Source of the DNA: an uncultured delta proteobacterium
GTDB lineage: Bacteria > Desulfobacterota > Binatia > DP-6
DNA: 64,000 bases
Direction: 5' to 3'
Assembly (NCBI GenBank): GCA_963815115.1
Contig: CAWFFN010000009.1
Span: forward strand, 1,312,001-1,376,000
Shown here one piece after another: positions 41,435 to 50,616 of this stretch (within the stretch, counting starts at the first letter, position 1; the number at the start of each line of letters is the position of its first letter). Under the pieces are notes generated by a model. It ran no database searches. It saw nothing but the letters and a program-made list of their open reading frames with translations, and was not told where the DNA came from. Both the position numbers and the translations under genes were made by a program.

Positions 41435-44400
41435 ATGTCCTGGAAATCGTCCCGCACGCTGCTGGCCCTGCCCGCCATCGTGCTCGTCATCGTGGCGGTG
41501 CTGGTCGTGCTGCACCGGCGCGAGACGGAGGCCCACGAGCGCTACGTGCTCGACAGTAACGTCCGCGCCCTGTCGGTGCTGGGACGTCAGATCGAGCAGG
41601 TCGTCGGGGGCTTGAACGACGCGGTGACCCGGGCCCTCGACGCGAAGGCCTGCCGCGAGGCGATCAAGGCCGGCACCCACACGGACGTCTGCCTAGGCTT
41701 CCTGTCGTATCCGCTGCATTTCGAGGGGGCGGCCTGCGCGCCGGCGACTCAGGGCGCCGCCCCCACCGTGCTGATGGCTCCGCGCCCCGAGCCCGTCGAG
41801 ACCAACGCCTTCGGCGAGGACGCCAGCGGCCGCTCGCTGCGAGGATTGCGGCGGCGCGGCGCCCGCATCTGCGTTCCGAGCCTGTGGGGCGTGATCCCGC
41901 TCGTCGATGTGCTCGAGCCCCTCGTGGCCGGTAGCACGTTCGACGACGCCGACGTGCTGGTGATGGCGGACGATGGCTCCGTGGTCTTCGAGCGCGGTCG
42001 CTCCGGGATCACCATCCAGGGCTTCGGCGGCACGGACGGCAAGCAGCCGGCCGCGGCCACCGCGAGCAGCGGAGACCAGGGTAGGCCGCGCAACGAGCCG
42101 AGCCCGGCGGCCGACCGCGATCTGCTGGTCGCGCACCTGCCCCGATTCGACGAGGTGAGTCGTACCACCACCGTCTCCCGGGTCGTGCTCGGCGGCAAGG
42201 AGTACCTGCTCCTCACCCAGCCCATCGCCATGCCGCCGGGTCGCGAGACGCCGGAGGGCGCCGTCTCGGCGCTCGCGTCCCACGACCACGCGCCCCCGCG
42301 CTGGGTCGTCGCCGCGCTCGTGCCGGCGCACCATGCCCGCGGCGTGCTGGGCGAGGGGGCGCTGGGTCTCGCGCGCGCCCTCACCGTGCTCGTGCTGTTC
42401 GCGATCCTCGTGCTCCCCTGGCTCAAGCTCGCGACCATGAGCGGTCGCGATCGCCTGAAGCCCCGAGACCTGCATCTCCTCGGCGCCTCCACCGCGCTCA
42501 TCACGGTGCTCGGCTCGCTGGTGGCGATGAGCTGGTACGGAGCCGGCATCATGAGCCAGCAGCTCGACACCCAGATGCACCGGCTCGCCGTCGGGATGCA
42601 GTCGAGCTTCCGCCAGGAAATGCAGACCATCTGCCGGCAGCTCTACGCCATCCGTGATGGCTTGCCGTCGATGAAGTCGGACGAGATCCAATTCATCGAC
42701 CACGCCGTCGCGCGGCATCCCTCGATCCGCAAGCTCGTGGGTGCCTATCCCTTCTTCGAATCCGTGGTGGTCACCGACGGAGAGGGCTTGCAGGTCGCCA
42801 AATGGGCGACGGGCTACGCGACTCCCCAGATCAAGATCGATCGGCAGCTGTCGTTCCGGGATGCCACGGCAGACCACCTCCCCGACTGGGGCAATCCGGG
42901 CGCGCCGGGCGAGCCCGACGGCCCGTCGTCGCACCTGCGCTGCGCGCTCACCGTGCAGGTCTCTCCCAACACCACCAAGACCATCGTGGTGGCCTCGGTC
43001 CCGCGCTCTTCCCCGCCCGACAACGCCTCGGGCGTGGTCGCGATGGTGGCACGCCTGATGTCGCTCGTGGAGCCGGTCATTCCCCCGGGGCTCGCCTTCG
43101 CCGTCGTCCAGGGGGATGGTCAGGTGCTGTTTCACTCGGTGGGTCGCCGGCGCCTGTTCGAGAACTTCTTCGACGAGCTGGATCGCAAGCGCGACATGGA
43201 GGCGGCGGTGCTCGGACGGCACGCCGGCTTCCTCGACTTCTCGTATCATGGCCGGTCGCAGCGCGCGTGGCTCGAGCCCCTGGCGGACACCAGCTGGACC
43301 CTCGTCGTGCTGCGCGACCGGGAAGAGCTGAGCGGCATCGTTCTCGACGCCAGCATGACCACCCTGCTCGTGCTGCTGGGATACGCGGTGCTGTATGTGC
43401 TCGCGGTCGTCGCGCTGCGAGTCACGTTCCCCGAGGAGCACGGGGATTGGATATGGGCCAATGGTGCGAAGCCGGGAGCGTATCTGGGGACGCTCGGCGC
43501 GCTGGCGCTGCTCGCCGGCTGGGGCGCCCGCTCCCTCTGGGGCTCGGCCGGCGATGGCGCCCACCCGGTGGTGCTCGCCCTGGCGCTCCCACCGTTCGCG
43601 TTCGCGCTGGTGTACGTGGCGCTGACCCCGCGCCGAGACGAGCGCGGCTGGTGGTGGGGGCTCTGTCTCGGCGTGGTACTGCTGGGAAGCGCGGCGGCCG
43701 CGGTTGCGGCCGGGGGCATCGGGGCAGCGGCGGCCGTCGTGGGCGCCATCGTCTGCGTCGTCGCTGGCGATGCGCTGGGCCGCCGCCCGCTTCCGCACGC
43801 CGCGCGACTGACGGAGATCGGATACGTCGGCACGCTCTTCCTGGGACTCGTGATCGCGGCCGTGCTGCCGACCTGGGCCGTCTTCAGCGATGCCTTCGCG
43901 TTCGAGACGGAAGCCTGGCTGCACGCCCGCCAGGTTGGGTTCGCGGACGCGTTCGCCCGCAGGGCAGCGCTGGTGAACTCGCTGCAGGCCGACCGCTGGA
44001 TGCGTGACCTGCGAGAGCAGGCCGAGTGGGATCGGCCCGCCGCGAAATGGGCGCGCGAGGATCCGAAAGCGTGCAGGCCCGCCGGCGGGGATGCGGCAGA
44101 GGGACCCCCTGGCGACGCCGTCGCCTGGGTGCTCAAGCGGGTCGGGTCGGTCTTCGACCTCGGAGGCGACGACAAGGAGGAGTCGGCCCGCGCCTTGTGT
44201 GCGGTGGTGGTGCGGCATCCGACCTCGCTCGTACCGCTGGTCGCGACCCCCGCGCTGAGCGACGAGATCGCCCGGGTCCGCGGGATGAGCTACTTCGAAG
44301 CCAGCGACGGCAAGTGGCAGCTGCCGAGGGGCAAGGGGACGCTGATCCTCCGAGATCCCCGGTTCTTCCGGGACGCCGAGACGCGGCGCTGTAGCGAGGC

Positions 44401-45628
44401 GCGCGGCTTCAGGATGCCGCGGCCGCCCCGCTTCCACCTGCCGGGGGCTACCGCGGGTGGCCTCGCCGGCTGGAGCGTGGTCGGCCTCGTGGTCGTCGGG
44501 CTGCTCTTGCTGCTGCGCTACCTCGCGCGCTGGGTGTTTGGGCTCGGCTTCGACGAGCCCGACGCCCGGGCGTCGGGTGGCGCGGCCGCCCCCTGGCGCG
44601 GCCGCTACGTCCTGCGCCCGACAGGCGCGGAGGAGGCGGCACTCGCCGCGGCGGGTTCGCACCCCATCGACCTGCGCACGCTCACGGCACCCGGCGGCTG
44701 GCGCCGGCAGCTGCCGGACGATCCCACGACGAACGTCTTCGTCCTGCATCTCGGGCACCGTGTCCACGAGCCGGAATGGAACCGTGCCAAGCTGGCGCTG
44801 CTCGAACGGCTCGTCTTCGAGCGTCAGGGCACGATCGACGTGACGACCGACGTCGACCTCCTGCCGTACTTCACGAGGAGGCTGCAGTCGCCGGGCGATC
44901 CCGCGTCGGAACAGACCTTCTGCAGCGCCGCCGAGCTGGTCCGCTGGGCGCGGGTGCTCGAACCGCTGCGACGCGAGCGCTCCGATCTCGCCACGGGCTC
45001 GACGTCGAATGCGGGCTGGCGTGCCCTGGTCGAGCGCGAGTGCCTCTGGACCGAGCGTCTGTTCGCGATCCGCGACTACCTGCTGGCCAATGCAACCCTG
45101 TGCCAGACGCTGTCGGACAGCGAGCTGGTGCGCTACATCACCGATCTCGCCGACGCCCACTACCGCCTGCTGTGGAGCAGCAGCACGGACGGAGAGCGGC
45201 TGGTCATGATCCACCTGGCCAAGTACGGCTTCGTGAGTCCCCCCACCTGGGGCGTCGTCCGCCGGCTCGTTCGTCGCGGGCTGATCCGGACGGAGCAGGG
45301 CGTCGACGCGCGGGCCGGGCAGACGTCGGCCGACGCGGAGCGATGGTTCCGTCCGAAGCTCATGAACCGCAGCTTCGAGCACTTCGTGCTCGGTGCCGAG
45401 AGCGAAGACCGGATCGTCGGCTGGGAGCACGCGGCGGGTGCCAGCAGCTGGCACCGCCTGCGCCTCTACCTGCTGATCTTCGGGCTCGCCGCGGGTGGGT
45501 TCCTCTTCGTGACGCAGCCAGACACGCTGTCGCAGAGCGTCGGCTTCCTGGGCTCGCTCGCCGCCGGCCTGGGCGCCCTGATGCAGATCCTGGGCCTGTA
45601 CCGAGGAGCCGAGGCTCGCACGAGCTGA
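41435..45628 (+). CDS. Large multi-pass membrane protein with Cache-like extracytoplasmic domains and a degenerate STAND-like/winged-helix C-terminal region
   Basis: 1397-aa ORF with host-like codon bias; many TM segments; Cache-like DVLVMADDGSVVF, FESVVVTDGEG, AVVQGDGQVLFHS, WTLVVLRD; wHTH-like HYRLLW...LA...LVRRGLI. Confidence 0.65.
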   Translation: MSWKSSRTLLALPAIVLVIVAVLVVLHRRETEAHERYVLDSNVRALSVLGRQIEQVVGGLNDAVTRALDAKACREAIKAGTHTDVCLGFLSYPLHFEGAACAPATQGAAPTVLMAPRPEPVETNAFGEDASGRSLRGLRRRGARICVPSLWGVIPLVDVLEPLVAGSTFDDADVLVMADDGSVVFERGRSGITIQGFGGTDGKQPAAATASSGDQGRPRNEPSPAADRDLLVAHLPRFDEVSRTTTVSRVVLGGKEYLLLTQPIAMPPGRETPEGAVSALASHDHAPPRWVVAALVPAHHARGVLGEGALGLARALTVLVLFAILVLPWLKLATMSGRDRLKPRDLHLLGASTALITVLGSLVAMSWYGAGIMSQQLDTQMHRLAVGMQSSFRQEMQTICRQLYAIRDGLPSMKSDEIQFIDHAVARHPSIRKLVGAYPFFESVVVTDGEGLQVAKWATGYATPQIKIDRQLSFRDATADHLPDWGNPGAPGEPDGPSSHLRCALTVQVSPNTTKTIVVASVPRSSPPDNASGVVAMVARLMSLVEPVIPPGLAFAVVQGDGQVLFHSVGRRRLFENFFDELDRKRDMEAAVLGRHAGFLDFSYHGRSQRAWLEPLADTSWTLVVLRDREELSGIVLDASMTTLLVLLGYAVLYVLAVVALRVTFPEEHGDWIWANGAKPGAYLGTLGALALLAGWGARSLWGSAGDGAHPVVLALALPPFAFALVYVALTPRRDERGWWWGLCLGVVLLGSAAAAVAAGGIGAAAAVVGAIVCVVAGDALGRRPLPHAARLTEIGYVGTLFLGLVIAAVLPTWAVFSDAFAFETEAWLHARQVGFADAFARRAALVNSLQADRWMRDLREQAEWDRPAAKWAREDPKACRPAGGDAAEGPPGDAVAWVLKRVGSVFDLGGDDKEESARALCAVVVRHPTSLVPLVATPALSDEIARVRGMSYFEASDGKWQLPRGKGTLILRDPRFFRDAETRRCSEARGFRMPRPPRFHLPGATAGGLAGWSVVGLVVVGLLLLLRYLARWVFGLGFDEPDARASGGAAAPWRGRYVLRPTGAEEAALAAAGSHPIDLRTLTAPGGWRRQLPDDPTTNVFVLHLGHRVHEPEWNRAKLALLERLVFERQGTIDVTTDVDLLPYFTRRLQSPGDPASEQTFCSAAELVRWARVLEPLRRERSDLATGSTSNAGWRALVERECLWTERLFAIRDYLLANATLCQTLSDSELVRYITDLADAHYRLLWSSSTDGERLVMIHLAKYGFVSPPTWGVVRRLVRRGLIRTEQGVDARAGQTSADAERWFRPKLMNRSFEHFVLGAESEDRIVGWEHAAGASSWHRLRLYLLIFGLAAGGFLFVTQPDTLSQSVGFLGSLAAGLGALMQILGLYRGAEARTS

Positions 45629-45641
45629 CGATCCCCGAACG

Positions 45642-46331
45642 CTACGACCGGCCGCGCAGCGCGGCGATCGCTCGCACCTGGACGTCGGCGGGGCTGCCGG
45701 TCGCATCGACCACCCGCAGCAGACCCGCGGCACGATAGGCCGCGAGCAACGGCTCGGTCTGCCGGCGGTAGACCGCGAGCCGCTGCGCAATCACCTCCGG
45801 CCGGTCATCGTCCCGCTGCTCCAGCGTGCCGCCCTGCGCCCGGCAGCGTGCGACCGCCGCCGCGTCGTCGAGGTGCAGCGTCCACGGTTCGCCGGCGCCC
45901 GTGCAGAGCCGGCGTCCACCGAGACGGTGGAGGATCGCCTCGTCGGGCAGCTCGAGCGCCAGCGCCACGTTCAACGGACGGTCCAGGTCGGCGAGCACGG
46001 TGTCGAGGGTGCGCGCCTGGTCCAGGCTGCGCGGGTAGCCGTCGAGCAGGATGCCGTACCCCGGCCTGGTGGCGGCGAGACACGAGCGCAGCAGCTGCTC
46101 GATCAGCGCGTCCGGCACCAGGTCGCCGCGCTCGACGTAGGCGGCCGACGTCCGGCCGAGCTCGGTGCCCGCGGCGATCTCGGCACGCAGGCGCTCGCCG
46201 GTGGCGATGCGGTCGAGCGAGAAGGCCTGGACGAGCGCGGGCACGAGGGTGCTCTTGCCCGCGCCGGGCGGTCCGATCAGCACGACCCGGAGTGGTGGGG
46301 AAGGGGAGGCGCCGCGTGCGTCCTCCGGCAT
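45642..46331 (-). CDS. adk: Adenylate kinase family protein
   Basis: GPPGAGKS, GDLVPD, LDGYPR, QRDDD, QTEPL. Confidence 0.9.
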   Translation of the reverse strand: MPEDARGASPSPPLRVVLIGPPGAGKSTLVPALVQAFSLDRIATGERLRAEIAAGTELGRTSAAYVERGDLVPDALIEQLLRSCLAATRPGYGILLDGYPRSLDQARTLDTVLADLDRPLNVALALELPDEAILHRLGGRRLCTGAGEPWTLHLDDAAAVARCRAQGGTLEQRDDDRPEVIAQRLAVYRRQTEPLLAAYRAAGLLRVVDATGSPADVQVRAIAALRGRS

Positions 46332-46396
46332 TGCACGCCGAGTCTACACGAGCACGGTCGTGCGCGACCAGCGCGGCCGCTCCCCACGCGCCTGCC

Positions 46397-46426
46397 TTGA
46401 CAATGCGCGGAGCGGGTGGCTACAGA
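46397..46426 (+). promoter_or_regulatory. Putative promoter upstream of the ZTP riboswitch
   Basis: TTGACA at 46397 with a weak -10 (TACAGA) at 18-nt spacing. Confidence 0.4.
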
Positions 46427-46437
46427 GGGCTTCAACC

Positions 46438-46512
46438 TCGTCGCACGACTGGCGTTCGCGTGGAATCAACCACGGGGGAGTGCTGAGCGACCGGCGGGCC
46501 GTACGCCTGGGC
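46438..46512 (+). ncRNA. ZMP/ZTP-sensing riboswitch (pfl RNA motif)
   Basis: GCAC-GACTGGCG-ttcgc-GTGG aatcaa CCAC-GGGGGA-GTGC, a linker, then GCC-GTACGCCTG-GGC. This has P1 (GCAC/GTGC), P2 (GTGG/CCAC), P3 and the TGGCG/CGCC pseudoknot of the pfl consensus. Confidence 0.88.
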
Positions 46513-46551
46513 CCGGGCTTCCGGTGAAGACCACCGAGGTCGCATCGAGCC

Positions 46552-47703
46552 GTGATCAAGTCGTATCTTCTCGCCCCCGGACCCACGCCGGTCCCGCCCG
46601 AGGTGCTGGCAGCGATGTCGCTGCCCCTCATCCACCATCGCACGCCGCAGTTCGCCGCCGTGCTGGGGGAGGTCCAGGAGGGGCTGCGGGAGCTCTTCGG
46701 CACCAAGGAGGACGTGCTCATCCTCGCGGCATCCGGCACGGGTGCCATGGAAAGCGCGATCACCAACCTGTGCTCCCCCGGCGACGAGGTCATCTTCGTC
46801 AACGGCGGCAAGTTCGGCGAGCGCTGGGGAAAGCTCGCGAAGACGTTCGGGGTGGTGGCCCACGAGATCCCCGTCGAGTGGGGACGTGCGGTGCGGCCGG
46901 AGGCCGTCGCCGCGGCGCTCGAGGCGCACCCGAAGACGCGCGCCGTCTACGTGCAGGCGAGCGAGACGTCGACCTGCGTCCTGCACCCCGTGCCGGCGAT
47001 CGCGGAGATCACCCGCGATCGCGACGTGCTCCTGGTGGTCGACGGCATCACCGCCGTGGGCGCGGTCGACCTGCCGATGGACCGCCTCGGCATCGACGCG
47101 CTGGTCACCGGCTCGCAGAAGGGCCTCATGCTGCCGCCCGGTCTCGCCTTCATCGCACTCTCGGCGCGGGCATGGGCGGCGGCGCAGCGTGCGACGCTGC
47201 CGCGCTTCTACTTCGACCTCGCGCGCGAGCGGAAGGGCGTCGCGGAGCGCTCCACGGCATGGACGCCGGCGATCTCGCTCATCCAGGGGCTGCGCGTCGC
47301 GCTCGACATGATGCGCAGCGAGGGCCTGCCGAACGTCTATGCGCGGCACGACCGCCTGGCCCGCGCCACACGCGCCGGCGCGGCTGCGATCGGCCTCCGG
47401 CTGCTGGCGCCGGACGCGCCCAGCCCGGCGGGGACCGCGGTCTGCCTGCCCGACGGCGTCGACGGCAGCGGCATGTTCCGTTACCTGCGCGACCGGATGC
47501 GGGTCACCTTCGCCGGCGGTCAGGATCAGCTGAAGGGCAAGATCATCCGGGTCGCCCACCTGGGCTACGTCGGCAGCTTCGACATCGTCACCGGGCTCGC
47601 GGCGCTCGAGCTGGCGCTGCGTCAGTTCGGTGCGGCGGTCGAGCTCGGCCGGGGCGTCGGGGCCGCCGAGGCGATTCTCGGCGAGGGTCTCCCGCCCCGC
47701 TAG
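46552..47703 (+). CDS. Class V PLP aminotransferase (alanine/serine-glyoxylate family; probable phosphoserine aminotransferase role next to serA)
   Basis: PGPTPVP, HHRT, SGTGAME, ETST, GSQKGLMLPPGL. Confidence 0.9.
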   Translation: MIKSYLLAPGPTPVPPEVLAAMSLPLIHHRTPQFAAVLGEVQEGLRELFGTKEDVLILAASGTGAMESAITNLCSPGDEVIFVNGGKFGERWGKLAKTFGVVAHEIPVEWGRAVRPEAVAAALEAHPKTRAVYVQASETSTCVLHPVPAIAEITRDRDVLLVVDGITAVGAVDLPMDRLGIDALVTGSQKGLMLPPGLAFIALSARAWAAAQRATLPRFYFDLARERKGVAERSTAWTPAISLIQGLRVALDMMRSEGLPNVYARHDRLARATRAGAAAIGLRLLAPDAPSPAGTAVCLPDGVDGSGMFRYLRDRMRVTFAGGQDQLKGKIIRVAHLGYVGSFDIVTGLAALELALRQFGAAVELGRGVGAAEAILGEGLPPR

Positions 47704-47715
47704 GGCCGCGACGCC

Positions 47716-49317
47716 ATGGCCTATCGCGTCCTACTGAGCGACTCGCTCGGTCCCGAGGGGCTTGCGCGGCTGCGTGAGCGGTCCGACCTGGAGGTCGATG
47801 CCCGGCCGGGGCTCTCGCCGGCGGAGCTGTGCGAGGTCATCGGCGGCTATCACGCCCTCATCGTCCGCAGCGCCACCAAGGTCACGGCCGACGTCCTGGC
47901 GCGGGCGGACCAGCTGCGCGTGATCGGGCGCGCCGGCATCGGCGTCGACAACATCGACGTCGATGCCGCCACCACGCGCGGCATCGTGGTGATGAACACG
48001 CCCGGAGGCAGCAACGTCACCACCGCCGAGCACGCCATCGCCATGCTGCTCGCGCTGGCGCGCAACATCCCGCAGGCCGCCGCCGCGGTGCGCGCGGGCG
48101 AGTGGCCGCGCAGCACGTGGATCGGAACCGAGGTCTGCAACAAGGTGCTCGGCATCGTCGGCCTCGGCAACATCGGCCGCATCGTGGCCGAGCGCGCCGT
48201 GGGGCTGCGCATGAAGGTGATCGCCTACGATCCCTTCGTCACCGCGGAGGCCGCGGCCCGGCTGCGAGTGGAGCTGGTCTCCCTCGACGACCTCTTCCCG
48301 CGCGCCGACTTCATCACCATCCACACACCGCTCACGGCGGAGACGCGGGGCCTGGTCGGGGCCGGGTCCATCGCCCGCATGAAGCGAGGGGTGCGCATCA
48401 TCAACTGTGCCCGCGGCGGCATCGTCGACGAGAAGGCCCTGGCCGACGCCATTCGCTCGGGTCAGGTCGCCGGCGCCGCGCTCGACGTGTTCGAGCAGGA
48501 GCCGCCGCCGCCCGATCATCCCCTGCGGGCGCTCGACCACGTCATCGCGACCCCGCATCTGGGTGCCTCGACCGCCGAGGCGCAGGTCAACGTCGCCGTC
48601 GCGATCGCGCAGCAGGTGGCGGAGTTTCTCAGCAAGGGGACGATCAACAACGCGGTCAACGCGCCCTCGCTGTCGCCCGAGGTGCTGCAGGTCCTGCGTC
48701 CGTACCTGCGGCTGGCGGAGAAGCTCGGTGCGCTCGCCGCCCAGCTCGCGCCCGGCGTGCCCGAGGAGATCACGGTGCATACCACCGGCGAGGTCGCGGA
48801 GCGCGAGTTGACGGCGCTCTCCACCGCCGTGCTGCGCGGCCTGCTCGATCAGCTGATCGATCTCGACGTGAACTACAGCGTGAACTACGTGAATGCGCCG
48901 GCGATCGCCCGCGGGCGCGGCATCCGCGTCATCGAGTCTCGCGCCACGACGAGCAGCGGCTACGCCAACGCCATCGCGGTGGAGGCCAAGCGCGCGAGCG
49001 GCATGACCCGGGTCCAGGGCGCCGTCTTCGGCACCGACACCGTGCGGCTCACGCGCATCGACGACTTCCGGATGGAAGCCGTCCCGGAGGGTTACATCCT
49101 CATGCTGCACAATCGCGACGTGCCCGGCGTCGTCGGCCGCGTCGGCACGTTGCTCGGGGAGAGCCAGATCAACATCGCGGGCCTGGAGCTGGGCCGGGAG
49201 CGCATCGGGGGCATGGCGTTGTCGCTGTTCCACGTCGACGATCCCGTACCGGCCGAGGTGCTCGCCAAGGTGCGCACGCTGCCGCAGATCGTGGCGGCCG
49301 AGCTGCTCCGTCTCTGA
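47716..49317 (+). CDS. serA: D-3-phosphoglycerate dehydrogenase (with ASB and ACT domains)
   Basis: RAGIGVDN, TAEH, GLGNIG, NCARGG, TPHLGAST, NRDVPGVVG...INIA. Confidence 0.96.
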   Translation: MAYRVLLSDSLGPEGLARLRERSDLEVDARPGLSPAELCEVIGGYHALIVRSATKVTADVLARADQLRVIGRAGIGVDNIDVDAATTRGIVVMNTPGGSNVTTAEHAIAMLLALARNIPQAAAAVRAGEWPRSTWIGTEVCNKVLGIVGLGNIGRIVAERAVGLRMKVIAYDPFVTAEAAARLRVELVSLDDLFPRADFITIHTPLTAETRGLVGAGSIARMKRGVRIINCARGGIVDEKALADAIRSGQVAGAALDVFEQEPPPPDHPLRALDHVIATPHLGASTAEAQVNVAVAIAQQVAEFLSKGTINNAVNAPSLSPEVLQVLRPYLRLAEKLGALAAQLAPGVPEEITVHTTGEVAERELTALSTAVLRGLLDQLIDLDVNYSVNYVNAPAIARGRGIRVIESRATTSSGYANAIAVEAKRASGMTRVQGAVFGTDTVRLTRIDDFRMEAVPEGYILMLHNRDVPGVVGRVGTLLGESQINIAGLELGRERIGGMALSLFHVDDPVPAEVLAKVRTLPQIVAAELLRL

Positions 49318-49322
49318 TCGCC

Positions 49323-50612
49323 ATGGCTGCGACCGCCATCATGGGCACCCAGTGGGGTGACGAGGGCAAGGGAAAGGTCGTCGACCTGCTCGCCGCCCGC
49401 GCCGACATGGTCGTGCGCTACCACGGCGGCAACAACGCCGGACACACGCTGGTGGTGAACGGCGAGAAGACGGTCCTCAACCTGATCCCGTCGGGAGTGC
49501 TTCACCCCGGCAAGGTGTGCGTGCTGGGCGCCGGCATGGTGATCGACCCCGAGATCCTGGTGCGCGAGATCACCGGGCTGCGTGCCCGCGGCTACCTCGG
49601 CGAGGACCGCTGGCTGCGGGTGAGCGACCAGGCGCACCTCATCATGCCGTACCACCGGGCCATCGACCACGCCCGCGAGCGGCTGCGCGAGGCCGGTGCG
49701 ATCGGCACCACCGGGCGGGGCATCGGTCCCGCCTACGAGGACAAGATGGCCCGCACGGGCATCCGGGTGGGCGATCTCTTCGACGAGGACGGGTTCGCCG
49801 ACGCGCTGGCGCGCAACCTGCGCGAGAAGAACGGCTACCTGGAGGCCCTGCTGGGCGAGCCGCCCCTCGCCATCGAGGAGATCCTGGAGCAATACCGCGG
49901 CTATCGCGAGCAGCTGGCGCCCTTCATCGCCGACACCGGCGCCGAGGTACGCGCCGCGGTCGCGCGTGGTTCCCGCGTCCTCCTCGAGGGCGCGCAGGGG
50001 GCTCTCCTCGACGTCGATCACGGTACGTACCCGTTCGTCACCTCGTCGACCTGCGTGCCCGGCGGAGCCTCCGCGGGCGCCGGGCTGCCGCCGCGCATGA
50101 TCGGCCGCATCATCGGCATCGCCAAGGCGTACACGACGCGCGTCGGTGGCGGCCCGTTCCCCACCGAGCTGCGCGACGCACTCGGCCAGCGCCTGCGGGC
50201 CGACGGCGACGAGTACGGCGCGACCACCGGCCGGCCGCGGCGCTGCGGCTGGTTCGACGCCGTCGTCGTGCGGCACGCGGTGGCGCTCTCCGGGCTCGAC
50301 GCCCTCGCGCTCACCAAGCTCGACGTGCTCACCGGCATCGATCCCATCCGCATCTGCGTCGGGTACGAGATCGAGGGCAAACGCGTCGACCGCCCGCCGG
50401 CGACCCAGCGCGCCTGGGCGCTGGCGAAGCCGATCTACGAGGACGTCGCGGGCTGGCAGGACGATCTCGGGCACGCGCGCACGCTCGACGAGCTGCCGGC
50501 GGCGGCGCGGCGCTACATCGATCGGCTCTCGGCGGCGGTCGAGGCGCCGGTCGCGCTGGTGTCGGTCGGCGCGGCGCGCGAGGAGACGATCCGCCTCGGG
50601 GAGGTCTTCTGA
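49323..50612 (+). CDS. purA: Adenylosuccinate synthetase
   Basis: QWGDEGKGK, GGNNAGHT, GTTGRGIGP, TTGRPRRCGW. Confidence 0.98.
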   Translation: MAATAIMGTQWGDEGKGKVVDLLAARADMVVRYHGGNNAGHTLVVNGEKTVLNLIPSGVLHPGKVCVLGAGMVIDPEILVREITGLRARGYLGEDRWLRVSDQAHLIMPYHRAIDHARERLREAGAIGTTGRGIGPAYEDKMARTGIRVGDLFDEDGFADALARNLREKNGYLEALLGEPPLAIEEILEQYRGYREQLAPFIADTGAEVRAAVARGSRVLLEGAQGALLDVDHGTYPFVTSSTCVPGGASAGAGLPPRMIGRIIGIAKAYTTRVGGGPFPTELRDALGQRLRADGDEYGATTGRPRRCGWFDAVVVRHAVALSGLDALALTKLDVLTGIDPIRICVGYEIEGKRVDRPPATQRAWALAKPIYEDVAGWQDDLGHARTLDELPAAARRYIDRLSAAVEAPVALVSVGAAREETIRLGEVF

Positions 50613-50616
50613 GCCG

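Noticed and set aside
41693-45790. 1365-aa antisense ORF, and many other long overlapping ORFs (e.g. 2079-4781, 4778-7690, 24961-27723)
   Set aside because: Shadow ORFs expected in very GC-rich DNA; they lie opposite or out of frame with motif-bearing genes and have no recognisable motifs.
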